From the NCBI GenBank assembly GCA_021373135.1, contig JAJFTH010000003.1:898435-962434 (forward strand): DNA of 64,000 nt, read 5' to 3'. Position 1 is the first letter of the stretch, and every line of letters starts with the position of its first letter. Of this stretch, positions 59,077-64,000 are shown in pieces. Made by a program: the position numbers and the translations under genes. The stretch is from Bacteroidales bacterium. GTDB taxonomy: Bacteria; Bacteroidota; Bacteroidia; Bacteroidales; UBA1402. The notes under the pieces are model-generated. The model saw only the letters and a list, made by a program, of their open reading frames with translations, did no database searches and was not told the DNA's origin.

Positions 59077-60852
59077 ATGCGGATACGCTTATCCATATTT
59101 CTTTTGCTTCTTGCCTTCTTTTCACTTCCGGCGTCAGCACGTCATAAAAAGGCAACAGATGTCACCATTGATTCGAATAAAGCGAAAACCCAAACGCTTA
59201 CTGAAAACGATCAAAGAGCATTTGACTATTATTTTGATGAAGCTTTGTCTCTCAAACATCAGGAGAAATATGCTGCAGCATTCGACTTGTTCCGCTATTG
59301 TATAGCCATTGACTCTTTGAATGCTCAAGCCTGGTATGAGACTGCTGCTTTCTATATAAATCTGAAGCAACCTGAACAGGCCTTGGTATCCATGGAAAAG
59401 GCATTTTCTCTGAATAAAGGAAACGAGTGGTATGCGTTGGGATTGGCAGGTATGTACATTTCTCATGATAAGGAATCGGATGCCATTGCGATTTATGAAG
59501 ATTTGGTAAAGATGAAACCGGAGGATGAAAATTTGCTTTATCAGCTCGCCGGCCTCTATGCGCAGACAGAAAATTATAAAGCAGCCATTCGTACTTATGA
59601 AAAGGTGGAAAGATTGATCGGTAAAAATGAAAGTGTCAGTTTCGAGAAGTATAAGCTTTATAAAACATTAAACAATCCGAAGAAAGCGATTCGTGAGATT
59701 GTAACCTTATGTGCAGATTATCCTTACGATACGGAATATGTTTTGCTTTTAGGGGATGCCTGGATGGATCTTGGAAAACCGGATAAAGCACTTGTCCAAT
59801 ATATGGCAGCCAAAGCCATGGATTCAAACAATCCTGCTGTCGCTTTGTCTTTTGCTGATTATTACAATGAAACCGGAGATACCTTGGCTGCCCAGCGGCA
59901 GCTGATTCTCGCCTTGACCAATCCAAGTACCGATGTGGATATGAAACTGAATATCTTTTCACCTATTCTGGCGACATCCATGCAAACCGCAGATAGTGTG
60001 AAAATCCCAAAATATTTTGAGATACTGTTGGAACAACATCCGAATGATCCGAAAATCAGGGATTTGCATGTGCAATGGCTTTTAAAAAGCGGACAAAAGC
60101 AAGAAGCAAAGAATGAATTGCGTACTGTTCTTGATTTGAATCCCAATCAGCTTCAGTCTTGGAAAATGTATTTGGAGCTAAATGCGGAGGCTGATAATCA
60201 GCAACAGTTGCGGCAAATATGTACAGAAGCTTTGACCTACTTTCCCAAAGAACCCATATTCTGGTTTTATCAGGGTTTGTCATGGATATCGGATCCTGTT
60301 TCTGAAGCTGACAGCACCAATCATCTCAATGCTATTGACTTTTTCCAAAAAGCGGTTGCTGTTGCGAAACCGGAAGATGCTGTTTTTCTGTCCAGGTTGT
60401 ACGGATTGATTGGTGACTCTTATAACGCTCTAAGTAAGAAAACGCTGGCTTTTGAGTATTATGACAAGGCGTTGGCTGCATTTCCTGGGAACATACTGGT
60501 ATTAAATAACTATGCCTATTATCTTTGCGAAGATGGCGGAGATTTGGCCAAGGCAGAGCGGATGTCAAGAAAGACCATTGAGGCTGAGCCCAAAAATCCT
60601 ACCTATCTGGATACTTTTGCCTGGATTTTCTTTAAAGAGGGAAAATACGGATTGGCAAAAATATACATAGAAAGAGCAGTGGCCAACGAGTTGGATCCAA
60701 GTTCGGTCATTTTGGAACATTACGGGGATATCCTTTGGTTCAACGGAGAACAGGATGCCGCCCTGGTTCAGTGGGGTAAAGCACTTAAATTGCAGGATCC
60801 TTCTGAAATATTGTTCCAAAAAGTGGAAACCGGGAAGTATGTAAACCCTTAA
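59077..60852 (+). CDS. tetratricopeptide-repeat protein, secreted
   Basis: Signal peptide MRIRLSIFLLLLAFFSLPASA. Multiple TPR-like 34-aa units (e.g. AWYETAAFYINLKQPEQALVSMEKAFSLN). Start set to the ATG at 59077, 4 nt after dut. Confidence 0.8.
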   Translation: MRIRLSIFLLLLAFFSLPASARHKKATDVTIDSNKAKTQTLTENDQRAFDYYFDEALSLKHQEKYAAAFDLFRYCIAIDSLNAQAWYETAAFYINLKQPEQALVSMEKAFSLNKGNEWYALGLAGMYISHDKESDAIAIYEDLVKMKPEDENLLYQLAGLYAQTENYKAAIRTYEKVERLIGKNESVSFEKYKLYKTLNNPKKAIREIVTLCADYPYDTEYVLLLGDAWMDLGKPDKALVQYMAAKAMDSNNPAVALSFADYYNETGDTLAAQRQLILALTNPSTDVDMKLNIFSPILATSMQTADSVKIPKYFEILLEQHPNDPKIRDLHVQWLLKSGQKQEAKNELRTVLDLNPNQLQSWKMYLELNAEADNQQQLRQICTEALTYFPKEPIFWFYQGLSWISDPVSEADSTNHLNAIDFFQKAVAVAKPEDAVFLSRLYGLIGDSYNALSKKTLAFEYYDKALAAFPGNILVLNNYAYYLCEDGGDLAKAERMSRKTIEAEPKNPTYLDTFAWIFFKEGKYGLAKIYIERAVANELDPSSVILEHYGDILWFNGEQDAALVQWGKALKLQDPSEILFQKVETGKYVNP

Positions 60853-60856
60853 TATC

Positions 60857-61738
60857 ATGTTCATGAATCGCAAACCTCAGACCTTATTTCCTCATTCCCA
60901 TATAGTATTGTTTTCCGGAAAAGTGATCTCTATTTTCAAAATCTTATCCCTGGTTCTTATTTTTTCAGGAGTAATGGGTTGCCGATCAAGTAGAGATGTC
61001 GTGAAGAAACCTTCCGAATCTGATGTTAAACGTCTTGATCAGCTGATTTTCGAACACGGAAATTTTGAATACCTGAGTTCAAAGGTGGATTTTAAATTTA
61101 TGCCAAAAGCCGGTGTAAGTGCAGGAATGAGAGGTACAATCAAGTTGCGGCGTGATAGCTGCCTGATCTTGTCCGTTCAGCCGTTTGCCGGTATTGAGGT
61201 TGTAAAATGCCTGATCCGGAAAGACAGTCTTTTTATTGTGAGCCGTTTGCATCAGACTTATGCCGTTGAGGATTTGAGCGTTCTGAAGGGCTCCCGATAT
61301 CTGAACCTGGAATTGGTACAATCGATACTCTTCAACAGGATATTTGTTCTTGGCGAAACAAACCCTACACCCAAGGATTTAAGTAGATTTGAGTGGCATA
61401 AACAAAAAGATGGTAATTATTTTCGCTGGCCTGACGAAGATTATATCTTTGATTTTTGCTTAAATAAAGATGGTCAGTACAGTGATTTTAAGGCCTCGAA
61501 TCCGGAAAAACAACAGAAAATACAAATTACTTATAGTCTTTTTCAAGATGAAACTGCAGGTGAGATGCCTTATCGGATATTATTTTCTACCGACGGACTT
61601 AAGAATGCATTCAAATTTCAGATTACTTATCTGAAGCCTGATTTTGAGACTCCTGCCGATTTCCGTTTTGAAATACCCTCAAAGTATAAGAAAGAGACAA
61701 CAGCAGAGTTGGTTAAAAGATTTCAAACAATGTTATGA
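60857..61738 (+). CDS. DUF4292-like (LolB-like) lipoprotein
   Basis: Lipobox FSGVMGC. Its position between the TPR and M23 genes, and its size, match the DUF4292 family as I remember it. No catalytic motif. Confidence 0.5.
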   Translation: MFMNRKPQTLFPHSHIVLFSGKVISIFKILSLVLIFSGVMGCRSSRDVVKKPSESDVKRLDQLIFEHGNFEYLSSKVDFKFMPKAGVSAGMRGTIKLRRDSCLILSVQPFAGIEVVKCLIRKDSLFIVSRLHQTYAVEDLSVLKGSRYLNLELVQSILFNRIFVLGETNPTPKDLSRFEWHKQKDGNYFRWPDEDYIFDFCLNKDGQYSDFKASNPEKQQKIQITYSLFQDETAGEMPYRILFSTDGLKNAFKFQITYLKPDFETPADFRFEIPSKYKKETTAELVKRFQTML

Positions 61739-62973
61739 AAAGAGGTTTAAGCATACTTTTGATTTGTTTGTTGAGCGTTGGCTTCTACGCCCAGAGCAGC
61801 CGTTTATCTGACTTGGAAAAAAAGCGCAAGGAAGCCCTTGAACGTGTGGAAAGGACTACTCAAATGCTAAGTAAGAACAAGGCAACCACCAAAAATACCA
61901 TATACAGGCTTAATGTATTGGGTGATCAAATTAAAGCAAGAGAATCTTTTTTGAATGATTTAAGCAAAGAGTTGGGTGTGATTTCTACAGAGATGTCTGA
62001 AATCCAAGAGGAATATTCAGAATTAAGCTTGAATCTGAGTGTCAAGAAGGAGCAATATGCCAAGTCTATCCGGTTGATGTCCAGACGGAATAAGTCGGAA
62101 GACAAGCTGATGTTCATCCTTTCTGCCAAGGATTTGAATCAAATGACAAGCCGTATGCGCTATTTGGATGAATATGCCGGTTATCAACGAGTTCAAGCCA
62201 ATGAAATATCCCGCAAACAAACTGAACTGAGCGAAAAACGGCTTGCTCTTGAAACCGTTTACCGTGAGAAGGAAGCTGTCAAAAATAAACAGGCTCAGGA
62301 AGCTAGAATTCTCGAAAAAGAAAGAGGAGACCAAAAGAATCTTGTCTCTCAACTAAAAGGTAAGGAAAAGCAACTGAAAGCTGAACTGAGTAAGCAAAGG
62401 AAACAGGCCGAGCAATTGAATAGGCAGATTGAAAATCTGATTGCTGAAGAAGCAAGAAAAGCAGCGGAAAAAGCGGCCAGAGACAAGACCACCGTCAGAA
62501 AAGCGGAAACCAAAGGCGGGTATGCCATGACCGTTGATGAGAAAAAACTTTCCAGTGATTTCGGCAAGAATCAAGGGGCCTTGCCGTTCCCTGTATCTCA
62601 GCAAGGGACAATCATTGTCCATTTTGGTGAACAGAAATATCAGGATTTGAAGTATGTGCAAAACAACAGCAAAGGCATTGACATACAGACAAGACCAGGC
62701 GCATCCGCAATGGCCGTTTTCGGTGGTGTGGTCAGTAAAGTCTTTGCTTTACCGGGTTTCAACAATTCAGTCATCATCAGGCATGGTAATTATCTTACCG
62801 TGTATGCCAATCTTAGCAGTATCTATGTAAAGTCCGGCGATAAAGTCAAGATAGGTGAAGCTATCGGGAAAATTTTTGTCGACAGTGAACAAAATGATCT
62901 TACTGTCCTTCATTTCCAGTTGTGGAAAGATACACAGCGTCTGAATCCTGAGTTGTGGTTAAGACAGCGCTAA
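61735..62973 (+). CDS. M23-family peptidase / murein hydrolase activator (EnvC-like) with coiled coil
   Basis: Signal peptide, about 230 aa of Lys/Glu/Gln-rich coiled coil, and a C-terminal LytM/M23 domain (KGIDIQTRPGASAMAVFGGVV...LTVLHFQLW). The ATG overlaps the upstream stop (ATGA). Confidence 0.8.
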   Translation: MKRGLSILLICLLSVGFYAQSSRLSDLEKKRKEALERVERTTQMLSKNKATTKNTIYRLNVLGDQIKARESFLNDLSKELGVISTEMSEIQEEYSELSLNLSVKKEQYAKSIRLMSRRNKSEDKLMFILSAKDLNQMTSRMRYLDEYAGYQRVQANEISRKQTELSEKRLALETVYREKEAVKNKQAQEARILEKERGDQKNLVSQLKGKEKQLKAELSKQRKQAEQLNRQIENLIAEEARKAAEKAARDKTTVRKAETKGGYAMTVDEKKLSSDFGKNQGALPFPVSQQGTIIVHFGEQKYQDLKYVQNNSKGIDIQTRPGASAMAVFGGVVSKVFALPGFNNSVIIRHGNYLTVYANLSSIYVKSGDKVKIGEAIGKIFVDSEQNDLTVLHFQLWKDTQRLNPELWLRQR

Positions 62974-64000
62974 TCCGTCGAGTATCTTGATATACAGATT
63001 AATGCTTTCCCTGATCTCATCCAACCGGATGAATTCGTTGGACGTGTGAGAACGAGATGATTCACCGGGTCCGATTTTTAGCGTGTTGAATGGCATTCTG
63101 GCCTGATCAGACAGTGTCGGAGATCCGTAAGGAGACCGGCCGGAAGCCAGACAAGCTTTCACAACGGGGTGATCCGGGTCGATTCGGGATGAATTGAGCC
63201 GAAATGAACGGGGCTTGACTTCACATTTCACTTGTTCCTTGATTTCCTCATACAGACTTTCGGGAGCGTAGAATTCATTGATACGGACATCCACTACAAA
63301 TTCGCAGATGTCAGGGACAACGTTATGCTGTGTCCCGGAATTGATTTGGGTGACCGTCATTTTGACCGGTCCCAGTAAGTTTGACTGTAAAGGAAATTCA
63401 TGAGTCCTGAACCATTCAATGTCCGGCACGGCTTTATAGATGGCATTTACCCCTTCGTTTCGGGCGGCATGACCTGATTTTCCATGAACAATACAATCCA
63501 GCACCATCAACCCTTTCTCGGCAATGGCCGGGTGCATATTGGTGGGTTCACCGACGATACCTAAAGAGATGGGAGGTAGTTTCGGTAAAAGGGCTTCAAT
63601 CCCGTTTTTCCCCGTAATTTCTTCTTCTGCGGTAATGCCCAGAATCAGGTTGTAATTTTGAGGAATGGCACATAATATCCGGAAGACCTGGATCAGGCTG
63701 ACCAAGCTTGCGCCGGCATCATTGCTACCTAAACCGTACAAACGGTCATCTACGCGTGTTGGCTTGAAGGGCTCAAACTCCCATCCGTCCACTGGCTTTA
63801 CCGTATCAATATGGGAGTTGAGCAAGATGGTCGGACGTTCGGGGTCGTAATCAGATGATAAACACCACAAGTTGTTTTGTTCCCGATTTACTTTCAAACC
63901 GCGATTTCTCAACCATGAATATATGTAATCAGCCCTGTCGGACTCGTTGCGACTTGGTGAAGGAATGGCAATGATTTGCTCCAATAGCTCTACTGCTTCA
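62959..64000 (-). CDS. M20-family metallohydrolase (ArgE/DapE-like), 5' end beyond the window
   Basis: M20 blocks LLNSHIDTV, GSNDAGAS and TAEEE. The reading frame stays open to the window edge (..EAVELLEQIIAIPSPS), so the track start (TTG at 63984) is probably not the real start. Confidence 0.75.
   Translation of the reverse strand, partial: EAVELLEQIIAIPSPSRNESDRADYIYSWLRNRGLKVNREQNNLWCLSSDYDPERPTILLNSHIDTVKPVDGWEFEPFKPTRVDDRLYGLGSNDAGASLVSLIQVFRILCAIPQNYNLILGITAEEEITGKNGIEALLPKLPPISLGIVGEPTNMHPAIAEKGLMVLDCIVHGKSGHAARNEGVNAIYKAVPDIEWFRTHEFPLQSNLLGPVKMTVTQINSGTQHNVVPDICEFVVDVRINEFYAPESLYEEIKEQVKCEVKPRSFRLNSSRIDPDHPVVKACLASGRSPYGSPTLSDQARMPFNTLKIGPGESSRSHTSNEFIRLDEIRESINLYIKILDGLALS

Noticed and set aside
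1-64000. Window-wide look for CRISPR arrays, IS elements, integrases, phage or conjugation genes, toxin-antitoxin pairs, restriction-modification or other known defence genes.
   Set aside because: None were recognised. The only regular repeat array is the in-frame 99-bp ankyrin periodicity, and every ORF of 150 aa or more is accounted for by the calls above or is a shadow ORF.

Overview
The window looks like a chromosomal segment of a Bacteroidota (Bacteroidales-like) genome. This rests on many exact TAnnTTTG -7 promoter boxes just upstream of genes and tRNAs, a T9SS C-terminal sorting domain, a TonB-dependent receptor, and the overall gene content. About 75% is densely packed housekeeping. 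It includes envelope genes (MlaD-like, amidase, LptD-like), ung, asnA, pgi, gpsA, lysS, hisS, purA, aroC, slyD, an ilvD-ilvB-ilvN-(acyl-ACP thioesterase)-ilvC operon, guaB, parC, glyQS, dgt and dut. There is also a dut-TPR-DUF4292-M23 envelope cluster. Three tRNA genes are present: Arg-CCG, Gly-CCC and Leu-UAG. I found no rRNA, CRISPR array, transposase, integrase, phage genes, reverse transcriptase or recognisable defence system. The one clearly accessory stretch is about 8.8-25.0 kb, directly 3' of tRNA-Arg. It holds 12 co-directional, mostly AT-rich, compositionally mosaic genes for secreted or envelope proteins and one-component regulators: an FGE-like protein, a 9-repeat ankyrin protein, a membrane-anchored alpha/beta hydrolase, a TlpA-like CGPC protein, a roughly 12-helix membrane protein, a metallophosphoesterase lipoprotein, DUF2961/GH172, AraC-GyrI, a T9SS cargo protein, PAS-LuxR and a SusD-less TonB-dependent receptor. 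I cannot demonstrate a coherent novel system from sequence alone. The best leads are this tRNA-adjacent block and its sub-modules, a PurF-family protein lacking the Cys1 nucleophile, the thioesterase translationally coupled inside the ilv operon, and a few unexplained non-coding or small-ORF stretches. All functional calls come from motif recognition by eye, and no database search was run.
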